Shown here in pieces: positions 28,354 to 38,233 of a stretch of DNA of 64,000 nucleotides (positions are counted from its first letter, which is position 1; each line of letters begins with the position of its first letter). Made by a program: the position numbers and the translations under genes. A model generated the notes under the pieces. That model did not search any database, was not told where the DNA came from, and saw only the letters and a program-made list of their open reading frames with translations. The DNA lies in the NCBI GenBank assembly GCA_021781555.1, contig JAJXWQ010000001.1, forward strand, positions 7,392 to 71,391, given 5' to 3'. This DNA comes from a bacterium (GTDB lineage Bacteria > Cyanobacteriota > Sericytochromatia > S15B-MN24 > VGJW01).

Positions 28354-28799
28354 GTGCCCGAGTGCTGCCACAAATACTATACCCACATGTTCGTAGCAAT
28401 CAAACGACTTTCTGCTCTCGCCAGACAAGAAATCGTTCAACTGGGACCGAGACGAGCGGATGGCAATCAGGAGCTACCAGGCTTCCAGGCTCGCGCGCTG
28501 CGATCGCGGGCCGCGTCCGGGTCCATTCACTCCATCGCCGAGTCCGACGACGCCACGACCTGCGGCGCCACGAGAGCGTCAGAAAGGTCGACGGGGAAGG
28601 TAGAGGCGACATGGTGGTGTCGGAGCCGCCTCTGGCGTCGCCGGGCTCGGCGATGGACATCGCAGGCGCGAATGCGTTGGCCTGTTCCAGCAATGCTAGC
28701 AATTCTATACCATTGTGTTCGTGACATGCAACAAAAAAACTGTCGCCTGCAAACAAAGTCGGGTTTTATTCTGGTGCCGCCTGGAGGGAGGGCGGCACG
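28354..28799. promoter_or_regulatory. divergent regulatory region between the lipoprotein operon and the XRE regulator, containing two copies of an operator-like direct repeat
   Basis: CAAATACTATACCCACATGTTCGTAGCAATCAAAC (about 28366-28400) versus CAATTCTATACCATTGTGTTCGTGACATGCAACAAA (about 28697-28732). Both lie in AT-rich patches flanking a GC-rich core. Confidence 0.45.
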
Positions 28800-29180
28800 G
28801 TGCAGGACTTCGGCGCCTTCATCAAGTCCAAGCGCGAGGCCAGAAACTGGACCCTGCGCGAGGCGGCAGACCACATCGACATCTCGTCCAGCCGGCTGGC
28901 CGAGATCGAGCGCGGGGTCTCCTACCACACGGAAAGGCCGACACGGCCGACGCCGGACCTGGTCGAGCGTATCGCACGGGTTTACGACGTGCCGGTCGCT
29001 TATGCCCTGGCCGAGGCTGGCTACACGCCTCACAATGGACTACGGCTGGCACCGGATGCCGAGCTCCTGGTATCGCTGTTCGAGAGCCTGGATCGCGAAC
29101 GCAGGGAGCTGGCCCTCGACTTTCTCCGGCTGCTGCTGGAGCACGCGAGCCGATCGGCATCCGAGGCCGACCAGGGCTGA
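28800..29180 (+). CDS. XRE-family (Cro/C1-type HTH) transcriptional regulator
   Basis: 126 aa; GTG start after RBS GGAGGGAGGG; HTH (RNWTLREAADHIDISSSRLAEIERG). Confidence 0.75.
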   Translation: MQDFGAFIKSKREARNWTLREAADHIDISSSRLAEIERGVSYHTERPTRPTPDLVERIARVYDVPVAYALAEAGYTPHNGLRLAPDAELLVSLFESLDRERRELALDFLRLLLEHASRSASEADQG

Positions 29181-29252
29181 ACCCCGAACAGGCCGGCCCG
29201 CCGACACCTGGTAAAGGTCCGGCGGGCGAACGGGACGACCCGGGATCCCGGA

Positions 29253-30488
29253 TCAGTTGGTGGGCACGAGCTCCCGGATCCGGTTGTCGCCGAAATCGCT
29301 TACCACGACCCCGCTCCCGGACGCCACCAGGCCCAGGGGGTCCGCCAGCTGGGCTGCCAAAGCCGGCCCGCCATCGCCCGCGTTGCCTGACGATCCGGTC
29401 CCGGCGATGGTCCGGATCGTGCCTGCTGGCGAGATCGCCCGGATCTCCGAGTTCCCGGAATCGGCCACCAGCAGCGTTCCGTCTGGAAGCAGGGCCAGCG
29501 CGGCCGGGCCGTGCAGGTCAGCGTCGACCGCCGGACCGCCATCGCCGGCCGAGCCTGCGACGCCCGTTCCCGCCACCGTGTGGATGATCCCGCTCGGGTC
29601 GACCATCCGCACGCGCTGGGCGGCGAAGTCCGCGATGTAGACGTCGCCCTTGTTGTCTGGCAGGACCGCGATCGGTTGATCGAGCTCTGCCGACAGCGCG
29701 GGACCCTCATCGCCGATGCTCCCGGTGGCACCCGTCCCCGCGATGACCGTGAGCGTTCCCGAGGGGGCCAGGCGATCCACCCGCGCCCCGTTGAATTCGC
29801 ACAGGTACAGGTTCCCGGCCGCATCGTAGGCCAGGCCGGCCGGCCCCGCGAGAATCGATGCCGTCGCGACGCTCCCCGAGGCCACCGGCGTGAGCGTGCC
29901 TCCGCCCGCGATCGTCGTGACGATACCCTGCCCATCGACCTGGCGAACTCGGTCGTTGCCGTAGTCCGCGATGGCGACATCCCCGCCGGGAGCCGAGGCC
30001 ACATCGAAGGGATGATCGAACTGGGCGTCGATCGCCGGTCCACCATCGCCCGCAAAGCCGAAAGCACCGAAACCGGCGAAGGTCGACACGATTCCGGCGG
30101 GCGAGACCGCCCGGATCTTGTGGTTGCCATAGTCGGCGATCAGCACGCTCCCGTTGCCCGAAAGGGCCACGCCGGCGGGGGAATTGAACTCCGCCAGGAG
30201 CGCCGAACCGCCGTCGCCCGTGTTGCCGGCCGAACCGCTGGCGTCGCCAGCCAGCGCCAGGATCTGGTAGGCCGCCGGCGTCGGGACCGCGGTGGGCGCC
30301 GGGCTTGCGGTTCCGCCGGGCCTGGCGGTCGGCACCGGTGTGGGCGTCGGGGTGCCGCCCGAGATCTGCTGATCCGGCGGAAGGGAAGGGCCAGCGGTCG
30401 GATTCATGGGATCGAACGCTGCCGAGCATGCGACGAGCAGAAGGACCGGAACGATCCCGACGAGGGGCAGGAACAACGATCGCGTCAT
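29253..30488 (-). CDS. NHL-repeat beta-propeller lipoprotein
   Basis: Signal plus lipobox LLVACSA; PT-rich linker; six NHL-type repeats (e.g. SPAGVALSGNGSVLIADYGNHKIRAV). Confidence 0.75.
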   Translation of the reverse strand: MTRSLFLPLVGIVPVLLLVACSAAFDPMNPTAGPSLPPDQQISGGTPTPTPVPTARPGGTASPAPTAVPTPAAYQILALAGDASGSAGNTGDGGSALLAEFNSPAGVALSGNGSVLIADYGNHKIRAVSPAGIVSTFAGFGAFGFAGDGGPAIDAQFDHPFDVASAPGGDVAIADYGNDRVRQVDGQGIVTTIAGGGTLTPVASGSVATASILAGPAGLAYDAAGNLYLCEFNGARVDRLAPSGTLTVIAGTGATGSIGDEGPALSAELDQPIAVLPDNKGDVYIADFAAQRVRMVDPSGIIHTVAGTGVAGSAGDGGPAVDADLHGPAALALLPDGTLLVADSGNSEIRAISPAGTIRTIAGTGSSGNAGDGGPALAAQLADPLGLVASGSGVVVSDFGDNRIRELVPTN

Positions 30489-30616
30489 GGCAAGTGGGAG
30501 CCTCCGTTGCCAGATGCTGCGCTCCTGGCATCACGGGGGGATCACCCGCCGCTATCTTCCAGATTAATAGCCCTCAATGCCGCTTCATGACCTCACCGCC
30601 GCCAGCCCCCAGGCTA

Positions 30617-30720
30617 GGGTGCTCCCGGTTTGAATGGATCGAGCCCGATGAGTCAAACGGGGCCCGGTTGCGCAGCGAAGCGACCGCGCAGAGGGCCCCG
30701 TTCAAACTGCAAAAGGCCTA
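30617..30720 (+). repeat. palindromic intergenic repeat element, full copy (best reference copy)
   Basis: About 100 bp is near-identical to 11519-11618; it abuts the stop codon of the S8 peptidase gene. Confidence 0.8.
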
Positions 30721-31890
30721 GGGTAGCTTGGACAGGTCGAGTCGACCGATGCGCAAGGTCGGATCCGAGAGGCTCACGACCGGATCGGTGGCGCTTTCCA
30801 GGGCATCGATGATCCTGGGCGCGGTCCAGCTCGGATGCTCGGCACGCAGAATGGCGGCAGCGCCCGAAACGAACGGAGCGGCCATCGACGTGCCAGTGTC
30901 GGACCCATACTCGTCGTCGGGCAAGGTCGAAAGGATCGCATCTCCCGGAGCCGCGATGCCGACCTGCGGGCCCCGATTGGAGTACACGGCCAGGGTGTTG
31001 GCCTGGGTGGTCGCCGCCACGGCGAGCAGGCCAGGCGTGTTGGCCGGCTGCGTGACCGCACCTCCGTCGTTGCCCGCAGCGGCCACGACGACGACGTTCC
31101 TGGACACGGCGTAAGCGATGGCCCGCTGGTAGGCGCTGCTGAGGGACGTGGCCTCGGAGTTGAAGGACATGTTGATGACCTGCGCGCCGTTGTTCACCGC
31201 GTAGACGATGCCCTCGAGCGCCTCCTCGTCGTCTCCGCCTTGCTTGTCCAGGACCTTGACGGAGAGCAACTGGCACTGCCAGCAGACCCCGGCGACTCCG
31301 ATGCCGTTGTTACCCGCCGCGCCGATGATGCCCGCTACGTGGGTCCCATGACCATCCGTATCCTCGCTGTCGGTGCGGCCGGTCAGCGCGTTGAGGCCCA
31401 ACAGGAGGCGTCCGGCAAACTCCGGATGGTAAGGATCGACGCCGGTATCGAGGACGGCCACCCGCACGTGCGAGGCGTCGATGTTCCGCTGCCACAGCGG
31501 ATCCGGGTCGAGGTACGTCGCGCCGAGGGCCCACTGCAACCACAAATCCGGATCGTTCGGCCAGGCCGAGGGGCGCTGGACCGAGTCCGGCTGGACCCAG
31601 CTCACATCCGGTTGCAGCCGCAGGGCTGTCTCAACGGCACGGACGGACGCCGCGGTCGGCAGCTGGTAGAAGCCGACCGGATCTCCCATGAAGAGAGTCT
31701 TGGTCTGCGTCAGGGCGGTCCGCCCCGCCTGCAGGAGCTTGGGCGGCGACCCGGCCTTGAACCCGACCATGAGATTCCGGGCGACCGCCGGTGCTGCCGG
31801 GAAGGGTGCGGCGGCGGGCACCTTGGCCAGGCAGCCGGCCACGGTGCCCGCCAGCACCACGGCAAAGGTCCAGTGGAAGCGCTTGCCCAT
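30718..31890 (-). CDS. S8 family serine peptidase (subtilase), secreted lipoprotein
   Basis: Asp/His/Ser triad motifs VAVLDTGVD, HGTHVAGIIGA, GTSMAAPFVSGAAAIL; signal plus lipobox VAGCLA. Confidence 0.88.
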   Translation of the reverse strand: MGKRFHWTFAVVLAGTVAGCLAKVPAAAPFPAAPAVARNLMVGFKAGSPPKLLQAGRTALTQTKTLFMGDPVGFYQLPTAASVRAVETALRLQPDVSWVQPDSVQRPSAWPNDPDLWLQWALGATYLDPDPLWQRNIDASHVRVAVLDTGVDPYHPEFAGRLLLGLNALTGRTDSEDTDGHGTHVAGIIGAAGNNGIGVAGVCWQCQLLSVKVLDKQGGDDEEALEGIVYAVNNGAQVINMSFNSEATSLSSAYQRAIAYAVSRNVVVVAAAGNDGGAVTQPANTPGLLAVAATTQANTLAVYSNRGPQVGIAAPGDAILSTLPDDEYGSDTGTSMAAPFVSGAAAILRAEHPSWTAPRIIDALESATDPVVSLSDPTLRIGRLDLSKLP

Positions 31891-32194
31891 GCTTTCCGGC
31901 CTCCCCCACCATCTTCAACCGGATCTCAACCGCTAGACGACCGCGGGCCGGCCAAGATCCGTCGGCCGATCAGGTCTTGGGAAAGGGAGCGGGGGCCCGG
32001 CTTGGTGGGCAGATAATTAAATTAGGATTAAATTTGGCGGATACTTTGTTTAACCGGCGCAACGTGGCGCCCACATCCGGCGAACATTACCAAAGGATAA
32101 TCGCGCCTTAACCATCACACGAAGTTCCCATCCGGCGTCCACCGTCGCGCCAGCGACAGGTCAGCGGGACCGGGTGCCTGCGGAGGATCCCCCG
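31891..32194. promoter_or_regulatory. AT-rich divergent intergenic region with direct repeat ATTAAATT(n5)ATTAAATT
   Basis: GCAGATAATTAAATTAGGATTAAATTTGGCGGATACTTTGTTTAACC is the most AT-rich stretch of the window, between the divergent S8 peptidase and GH1 genes. Confidence 0.4.
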
Positions 32195-33571
32195 ATGCAC
32201 AAGACCCTCGCCATCACGCTCGCCACGGCGATCCTCGCCGGCTGCGGTGCGATGACGGGTTCGGATGGCAATGGCCTGTCCGGCGCGTCCACCCTGCTCG
32301 CCGCGGCCAGTGCCGGCAACGGCTTCATGTGGGGGGTATCGACCGCAGGGGAGCAGTACGAGGGCGGCGACACGACCAGCCAGTGGCCGGCGTTCGAACT
32401 CGCCGGCAAGACCTCCGAACCGTCGGGCATGGCTGCCGACGGCCTCGCCTATTACAACAGCGACGCAGGGCTGGCGCAGGGGATGGGGCTGAACGGGTTC
32501 CGGACCAGCATCGAGTGGAGCCGGATCGAACCCCGGCCGGGATACTTCGATCCCGCGGGCGTGGCCTACTACCACCGCTTCTTCGCTAGCCTGCGCGCCC
32601 ACGGACTCACGCCCGTCGTCACCCTGATGCACTTCACCTATCCCCAGTGGCTGGACACCCAGTACGGAGGGTGGGCCAACGCGCAGTCGGTCGACCAGTT
32701 CGCCCAGTACGTCGACTTCGTGTCGAAGGAGTACCGCAACGACGTGTCGTGGTGGCTCACCTTCAACGAGCCCAACGTGTTCGTGCCGGGCGCCTACCTG
32801 ACCGGCAACCTCGCACCCGGCCATCACAACCCCATCGAGGCCGCCGAGGTGGCCCTGCACTTCGTGGAGGCGCACGAGCGCGCCTACACGATCATCCACC
32901 AGAACGAACCCGGCGCCCACGTTTCGTTCAACGAATACACCGCGTCCTATGCCATCGGATCGCCTCACGCGACACTTCCGACCCCGTCCAGCGGAATCAA
33001 CCTCAACGACTCGGACTGGATGCTGCACGCCCTCGCCCCGGCGCCGCAGCCGGGCGGCACGATCAACCCCCAGAGCCTGAACCTCCACTACCTGGACTAC
33101 GTGGCGATCGACTACTACTGCAAGTGGCAATTGTCGATCCCCTTCAAGTTCCAGATGGCGTGGAAATGGAACATCTATCCCCAGGGCTTCTACAACGTCC
33201 TCGAGAACTATCACCGCTGGTTCGGATTGCCGATCCTGGTAGCCGAGAATGGCCTGGCAACGCGAGATCTGGCGCCGCGTTCCGACGGCTGGACGCGTTC
33301 GTCCTTCATCGTCGCCCACGTCCAGGAGATGCAAAAGGCCATGGCCAACGGCGTGCCCGTACTGGGCTACTTCGTCTGGTCGATCACGGATAACTGGGAG
33401 TGGGGATCCTTCTCGCCGCGCTTCGGCCTCTACTCGGTCGACTGCCGGGATCACGACTTCCGGAGGATTCCCACGCGTTCGGTCGGCGTGTACCGTCAGA
33501 TCGCGACCCAGGGCGGCGTGACCCCCGCTCTCGAACAGGAGTATCCGCCGCCGCCCGGCACCCAGCTCTGA
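32195..33571 (+). CDS. glycoside hydrolase family 1 (beta-glucosidase-like), secreted lipoprotein
   Basis: Lipobox ILAGCGA; GH1 acid/base motif LTFNEPN and nucleophile motif VAENGLA; FVWSITDNWEW. Confidence 0.85.
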   Translation: MHKTLAITLATAILAGCGAMTGSDGNGLSGASTLLAAASAGNGFMWGVSTAGEQYEGGDTTSQWPAFELAGKTSEPSGMAADGLAYYNSDAGLAQGMGLNGFRTSIEWSRIEPRPGYFDPAGVAYYHRFFASLRAHGLTPVVTLMHFTYPQWLDTQYGGWANAQSVDQFAQYVDFVSKEYRNDVSWWLTFNEPNVFVPGAYLTGNLAPGHHNPIEAAEVALHFVEAHERAYTIIHQNEPGAHVSFNEYTASYAIGSPHATLPTPSSGINLNDSDWMLHALAPAPQPGGTINPQSLNLHYLDYVAIDYYCKWQLSIPFKFQMAWKWNIYPQGFYNVLENYHRWFGLPILVAENGLATRDLAPRSDGWTRSSFIVAHVQEMQKAMANGVPVLGYFVWSITDNWEWGSFSPRFGLYSVDCRDHDFRRIPTRSVGVYRQIATQGGVTPALEQEYPPPPGTQL

Positions 33572-33611
33572 CGCCGCTACCTGCCAATCCACCGGTCCGC
33601 GCGGTCTTCGG

Positions 33612-33641
33612 TTCCGCCAGGCTGAGCGAGTCCGGTATAAT
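33612..33641 (+). promoter_or_regulatory. candidate sigma70 -10 box (TATAAT) upstream of gcvT
   Basis: TCCGGTATAATGAGG is 45 bp upstream of the gcvT ATG; the -35 is weak (TTCCGC). Confidence 0.35.
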
Positions 33642-33682
33642 GAGGCGTTATCCCCAATTTCATATTTCATCGGGGCGCAAAG

Positions 33683-34783
33683 ATGGCAGGTACAGCTTTG
33701 ATGCAGCTCAGGCGCACGCCTCTCTATGATCGGCACGTTTCGCTCGGGGCCCGGATGGTTCCCTTCGGGGGCTGGGACATGCCCGTGCAGTACAGCTCGA
33801 TCGTGGCCGAGCACAAGGCCGTCCGGGAGAACGTCGGGCTCTTCGACGTCTCGCACATGGGCGAGTTCCTCGTCAGCGGGCCCGGTGCCGCCGAGTTCCT
33901 GGCAAGCGTCGTTCCGGCCAATGTCCTGGAGCTTGCGGTCGGACGGGTCGTCTACACGCAGTTCACCAACGCGAGCGGCGGCGTCGTCGACGACCTGCTG
34001 ATCTACCGCCTCGCCGACCACTATCTCCTGGTCGTCAACGCGTCCAACATCGCCAAGGACTGGGCGCATCTCGAGCCCCTCCTTCCGGCCACGGGCGTCA
34101 TGATGACCGATGCCTCCGATCGCACGGCCTTGCTGGCGCTGCAGGGTCCCGAGGCGGCAGCTGTCCTGGCGCAGTGCGCCACCCCCGATCCCCGTTTGCT
34201 GCCTGCGTTTTCGGTCCAGCAAGGCCAGGTGCTCGGCGCCGACGCCGTGGTCTCGCGCACGGGCTACACGGGCGAAGACGGTTTCGAGATCTTCGTGCCC
34301 ACCGAGGACGCAGGCCGCGTCTGGGAGGGCCTGCTGGCCCTCGGCGCGACGCCATGTGGTTTGGGTGCCCGTGACACGCTCCGCCTCGAGGCCGGCTTGC
34401 CGCTGTATGGTCATGAGTGGGACGACACCACGACGCCGGTGGAGGCCAGCCTGGCGTGGACGGTCAAATCCAGCACCGAGTACCTCGGCAGAGCCGAGAT
34501 CGATCGCCAGCTCGCCCACGGCACCCGGCGCCGCTTGCTGGGGCTCAAGATGATCGGCCGGGCACCAGCCCGCGAGGGGTACGAGGTGTTTCGCGACGGC
34601 CAGCCGATCGGCAAGGTGTGCTCCGGCACGCTCGCCCCGAGCCTCGGCTATCCCATCGCCACCGCCTACCTTCCCGCGGACGTATCGGTCGGCCAGAGGG
34701 TCCAGGTCAAGATCCGCGAACAGATGGCCGAGGCCGAGACGGTTCGATTGCCCTTCTACCGCAGACCCAAGCGATCCTCCTGA
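33683..34783 (+). CDS. gcvT: glycine cleavage system aminomethyltransferase GcvT
   Basis: GcvT N-terminus ([26 protein letters not shown]...[10 protein letters not shown]). Alternative start at 33701. Confidence 0.9.
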   Translation: MAGTALMQLRRTPLYDRHVSLGARMVPFGGWDMPVQYSSIVAEHKAVRENVGLFDVSHMGEFLVSGPGAAEFLASVVPANVLELAVGRVVYTQFTNASGGVVDDLLIYRLADHYLLVVNASNIAKDWAHLEPLLPATGVMMTDASDRTALLALQGPEAAAVLAQCATPDPRLLPAFSVQQGQVLGADAVVSRTGYTGEDGFEIFVPTEDAGRVWEGLLALGATPCGLGARDTLRLEAGLPLYGHEWDDTTTPVEASLAWTVKSSTEYLGRAEIDRQLAHGTRRRLLGLKMIGRAPAREGYEVFRDGQPIGKVCSGTLAPSLGYPIATAYLPADVSVGQRVQVKIREQMAEAETVRLPFYRRPKRSS

Positions 34784-34879
34784 AGCCCCGCGCCGCCGGG
34801 ATTCCGCTGTAAACTTCCCCGTCTTGTCCCGCGTCATCCCTGGCAGCTCCGCTGCCCTGGCCCACAAGGAAGCCTCCCC

Positions 34880-35260
34880 GTGAACGATATGAACCTGAAA
34901 TTCTCCAAGAGCCACGAGTACGTCCGCATCGAGAACCGGCTCGCCGTCATCGGTATCAGCCAGCACGCCGCCGATCAGATGGGAGACGTCGTGTACGTGG
35001 AGCTGCCGCAGATCGGCAAGGCCTACAGCAAGGACGAGGAATTCGGTGTGGTGGAGTCCGTGAAGGCGGTGTCGAGCCTCTATTCTCCGGTTTCCGGAAC
35101 CGTCTCTGCCGTCAACGCGGAGCTGCTCGAGCATCCCGAGTGGGTGAACTCGGATCCCTACGGCAAGGGCTGGATGCTCAAACTCGAGATGACGAGCCCC
35201 ACGGAACTCGACCAGATCCTGTCCCAGGAACAGTACGATGCCGAGGTCAGCAGCCACTGA
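34880..35260 (+). CDS. gcvH: glycine cleavage system H protein (lipoyl carrier)
   Basis: 126 aa; lipoyl-lysine motif VESVKAVSSLYSPVSG. Confidence 0.92.
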   Translation: MNDMNLKFSKSHEYVRIENRLAVIGISQHAADQMGDVVYVELPQIGKAYSKDEEFGVVESVKAVSSLYSPVSGTVSAVNAELLEHPEWVNSDPYGKGWMLKLEMTSPTELDQILSQEQYDAEVSSH

Positions 35261-36669
35261 TGTCCTTCAACTACCTGCCCCTCACCGACGCCCAGCGTCG
35301 CGACATGCTGTCGGCGATCGGGGTCTCGGGAATGGAAGACCTCTTCGCCCCCATTCCCCGGGAGCTCCGCGGATTCGAGCTGGCGCTGCCGTCGGGCCAT
35401 AGCGAGCTGGAGGTGCAGCAGCAGTTGAACCGGCTCGCGGCGCAGAATCGCCCGCTGTCGGCGCAGCGGAGCTTCGTCGGGGCTGGGGCCACCCTGCGCT
35501 TCCGGCCCAGCGCCGTCGACCACGTGGCGTCGCGGTCCGAGTTCTCCACCGCCTATACGCCGTACCAGCCGGAGATCAGCCAGGGGACCCTGCAGGTCAT
35601 CTACGAGTTCCAGTCCATGATCGCCGAACTCACGGGCATGGACGTGGCCAACGCCTCGATGTACGACGGCGCCAGCGCTGCGGCCGAGGCCGCGCTCATG
35701 GCCTGCCGGATCACCCATCGCCACCGGATTCTCGTCAGCGAGACCGTCCACCCCGAGTACGCCGAGGTGGTCCGGACCTATGCCAGCGGACCGGAAGTCG
35801 CCGTGGAAACCGTACCCCACCGCGACGGAGCGCTGGACCTCGAGGCCGTCGAGCGCCTGCTCGGGCAAGATTGCGCGGGCCTCCTGGTGCAGGTCCCCAA
35901 CGTGTTCGGCTGCCTGGAAGCCGTCCGGGCTGCCGGCCAGCTGGCCCGCAAGGCCGGCGCGCTGTTCGTGGTGATCGCCGACCCGATCAGCCTGGCACTG
36001 CTCGAGGCCCCGGGCGCCTATGGCGCCGACATCGTCGTCGGCGACGGGCAGGGTCTCGGCAACCCGGTCTCTTTCGGGGGACCTCACCTCGGCTTCATGG
36101 CCACCCGCCAGGAGCACGTTCGCCAGCTCCCGGGCCGCATCTGCGGCATGAGCGTGGACACCCGCGGCAAGCCCTGCTTCACGCTGACGCTGCAGGCCCG
36201 CGAGCAGCATATCCGGCGTGAGAAAGCCGCCAGCAACATCTGCAGCAACCAGGCGCTAAACGCCCTGGTCGCGACGCTGTACCTGGCCCTGGTGGGCAAG
36301 ACGGGCCTGGTAGAGCTTGCCAGCGTCAGCGTCCAGCGAGCCCATCACCTCGCCGATCGCCTGGTCGGCATGGCCGGTCTGGAGCTCGCGTTCCCATCCC
36401 AGCGCTTCTTCAACGAGTTCGTCCTGCGCGCCGATCGCCCCGCCGATCGCGTGCTCGCCGAGCTGGCCGATCGCGGTATCCTCGGCGGCGTGCCGTTGTC
36501 CCGCTGGTACGCCGGCTCGGAGCGGGATCTCCTGGTGACCGTCACCGAGACCAACTCACCCGAGGATCTCGACGCCTACCTCGCGGCGCTCTCGGCCAGC
36601 AGGCGCTCCTCGGCGCAGGAACGCTCCGTCGAAGTTCCCGCGACCGCCGTCGACCACGCCACCGTCTGA
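35260..36669 (+). CDS. gcvPA: glycine dehydrogenase (decarboxylating) subunit 1
   Basis: Internal ATG overlapping the gcvH stop (TGATG); N-terminal P-protein half ([11 protein letters not shown]). Confidence 0.88.
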   Translation: MSFNYLPLTDAQRRDMLSAIGVSGMEDLFAPIPRELRGFELALPSGHSELEVQQQLNRLAAQNRPLSAQRSFVGAGATLRFRPSAVDHVASRSEFSTAYTPYQPEISQGTLQVIYEFQSMIAELTGMDVANASMYDGASAAAEAALMACRITHRHRILVSETVHPEYAEVVRTYASGPEVAVETVPHRDGALDLEAVERLLGQDCAGLLVQVPNVFGCLEAVRAAGQLARKAGALFVVIADPISLALLEAPGAYGADIVVGDGQGLGNPVSFGGPHLGFMATRQEHVRQLPGRICGMSVDTRGKPCFTLTLQAREQHIRREKAASNICSNQALNALVATLYLALVGKTGLVELASVSVQRAHHLADRLVGMAGLELAFPSQRFFNEFVLRADRPADRVLAELADRGILGGVPLSRWYAGSERDLLVTVTETNSPEDLDAYLAALSASRRSSAQERSVEVPATAVDHATV

Positions 36670-36694
36670 ACCCTCCATCCAAGGGGTAGATTCC

Positions 36695-38155
36695 ATGCCG
36701 ACCTTGATCTTCGACCAATCCATACCCGGGCGCCGCGGCGTCACGATTCCAGCTTCCGGCGTGCCCGAGCGCGATCTCCTCGAGCTCCTGGGCCCCGAGC
36801 TCCTGCGCCAGAGTCCCCCCGAGCTTCCCGAGCAATCCGAGCTCGAGGTCGTACGTCACTACACCCGCCTCTCCCAGCTCAACCACAGCATCGACACGGG
36901 CTTCTATCCCCTTGGTTCGTGCACGATGAAGTACAACCCCAAGGTCAACGAGGCGGTCGCCCGGCTGCCCGGATTCGCGGACCTGCATCCCTATCAGCCC
37001 GCCGAGCAAGTGCAGGGTGCTCTCGCCCTGATGTACGATCTGCAGTCCTGGCTCGGGGCACTCACCGGCCTTCCCCACGTGTGCTTGCAACCGGCCGCCG
37101 GCGCGCACGGGGAGCTTACCGGCATCTTGATGATCAAGCACTACCACCGGCACCACGGCAACCGGCGCACCAAGGTTCTCGTCCCGGACTCGGCCCACGG
37201 CACCAATCCCGCCACGGCGGCGATGGCCGGCTTCGAGGTGGTGACGGTCCAGAGCAACGAGCGGGGGCTGGTCTCGGTAGCCGACCTCAAGGCCCATCTC
37301 GACGACCAGGTGGCGGCGTTCATGCTGACCAATCCCAATACCCTCGGGCTCTTCGAAGAAGACATCCTGGCCATCAGCCAGGCGGTACACGAGGCCGGGG
37401 CGCTGCTCTACTACGACGGCGCCAACTTCAATGCCATCCTCGGGGCCGTTCGGCCGGGCGACATGGGCTTCGACGTCGTGCACCAGAACCTTCACAAGAC
37501 CTTCTCCACCCCGCACGGCGGCGGCGGCCCCGGATCCGGTCCGGTGGCGGTCTCGGAGCGCCTGGCCCCCTTCCTCCCGGTGCCGGCGATCGTCCGCCGC
37601 CCGGACGGCAGCTATGCGCTGGATTTCGAGCGGCCCCTGGCCATCGGGCGGATGAAGGCGTTCTTCGGCAACTTCGGGGTGCTGGCGCGGGCCTATGCTT
37701 ACATCTACGCGCACGGACACGAGGGCCTCCGGCAGGTGAGCCGGGATGCGGTCCTCAGCGCCAACTACCTGAAGGCGCGCCTCGGCGACGCCTACGAGGT
37801 GCCCTTCGCGCAGTCGTGCATGCACGAGTTCGTGATGACGAGCGATCGCCAGAAGGCCCAAGGGGTCAACACCCTTTCGATCGCCAAACGGTTGATCGAC
37901 TTCGGGATCCACCCACCGACGATCTACTTCCCGCTGATCGTCCACGAGGCGATGATGGTCGAACCCACCGAGACCGAGAGCAAAGAGGAGCTCGACCGCT
38001 TCGTCGAGGTCATGCTGCAGATCGCCGACGAGGTCCGGGACACCCCTGACCTGGTCAACAGCGCGCCGCACACGGCGCCGATCGGCCGCGTCGACGAAGT
38101 CCTGGCGGCGCGCAAGCCCAACGTCCGCTGGCGCAAGCCCCAGACCGCCCGATAG
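36695..38155 (+). CDS. gcvPB: glycine dehydrogenase (decarboxylating) subunit 2
   Basis: 486 aa; PLP-lysine region ([16 protein letters not shown]); C-terminal P-protein half. Confidence 0.9.
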   Translation: MPTLIFDQSIPGRRGVTIPASGVPERDLLELLGPELLRQSPPELPEQSELEVVRHYTRLSQLNHSIDTGFYPLGSCTMKYNPKVNEAVARLPGFADLHPYQPAEQVQGALALMYDLQSWLGALTGLPHVCLQPAAGAHGELTGILMIKHYHRHHGNRRTKVLVPDSAHGTNPATAAMAGFEVVTVQSNERGLVSVADLKAHLDDQVAAFMLTNPNTLGLFEEDILAISQAVHEAGALLYYDGANFNAILGAVRPGDMGFDVVHQNLHKTFSTPHGGGGPGSGPVAVSERLAPFLPVPAIVRRPDGSYALDFERPLAIGRMKAFFGNFGVLARAYAYIYAHGHEGLRQVSRDAVLSANYLKARLGDAYEVPFAQSCMHEFVMTSDRQKAQGVNTLSIAKRLIDFGIHPPTIYFPLIVHEAMMVEPTETESKEELDRFVEVMLQIADEVRDTPDLVNSAPHTAPIGRVDEVLAARKPNVRWRKPQTAR

Positions 38156-38170
38156 AAGGCTCGCGCCAGG

Positions 38171-38226
38171 GTCCTCCCGGTTTGAATGGAGCGAGCCCGA
38201 GGAGTCAAACGGGGCCCGTTGCCCCC
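38171..38226 (+). repeat. partial copy of the palindromic repeat element (left arm)
   Basis: CCCGGTTTGAATGGAGCGAGCCCGAGGAGTCAAACGGGGCCC lies between convergent gcvPB and the MerR gene. Confidence 0.7.
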
Positions 38227-38233
38227 CAGAGCT

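Noticed and set aside
28362-28756. ORFs 28362-28724 (+) and 28400-28756 (-) as definite small genes
   Set aside because: Both overlapping frames show GC3 bias in the GC-rich core, so the sequence alone cannot decide. Much of each translation is Arg-rich low complexity. I kept this only as a low-confidence note inside the XRE-spacer finding.
30630-30812. Small ORFs translating to MNGSSPMSQTGPGCAAKRPRR-type peptides (also 38182-38514 and 11568-11954)
   Set aside because: They lie entirely inside copies of the palindromic repeat element and recur because the DNA repeat recurs. They are not conserved as proteins beyond the repeat.
33572-33682. Glycine riboswitch upstream of gcvT
   Set aside because: The leader is only about 110 nt and lacks the conserved glycine-aptamer blocks I can recognise by eye. 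Only a TATAAT box is evident. This needs a covariance-model search to be certain.
32108-35257. 1049-aa minus-strand ORF and many other very long antisense ORFs (for example 3254-4546, 9272-10912, 19131-20759, 35158-36210)
   Set aside because: They are antisense to well-supported genes (GH1, gcvT, gcvH, cheA, MlaD, menCE). Their translations are Arg/Gly/Pro-rich low-complexity typical of stop-codon-poor frames in 70 percent GC DNA, and they have no recognisable domains.
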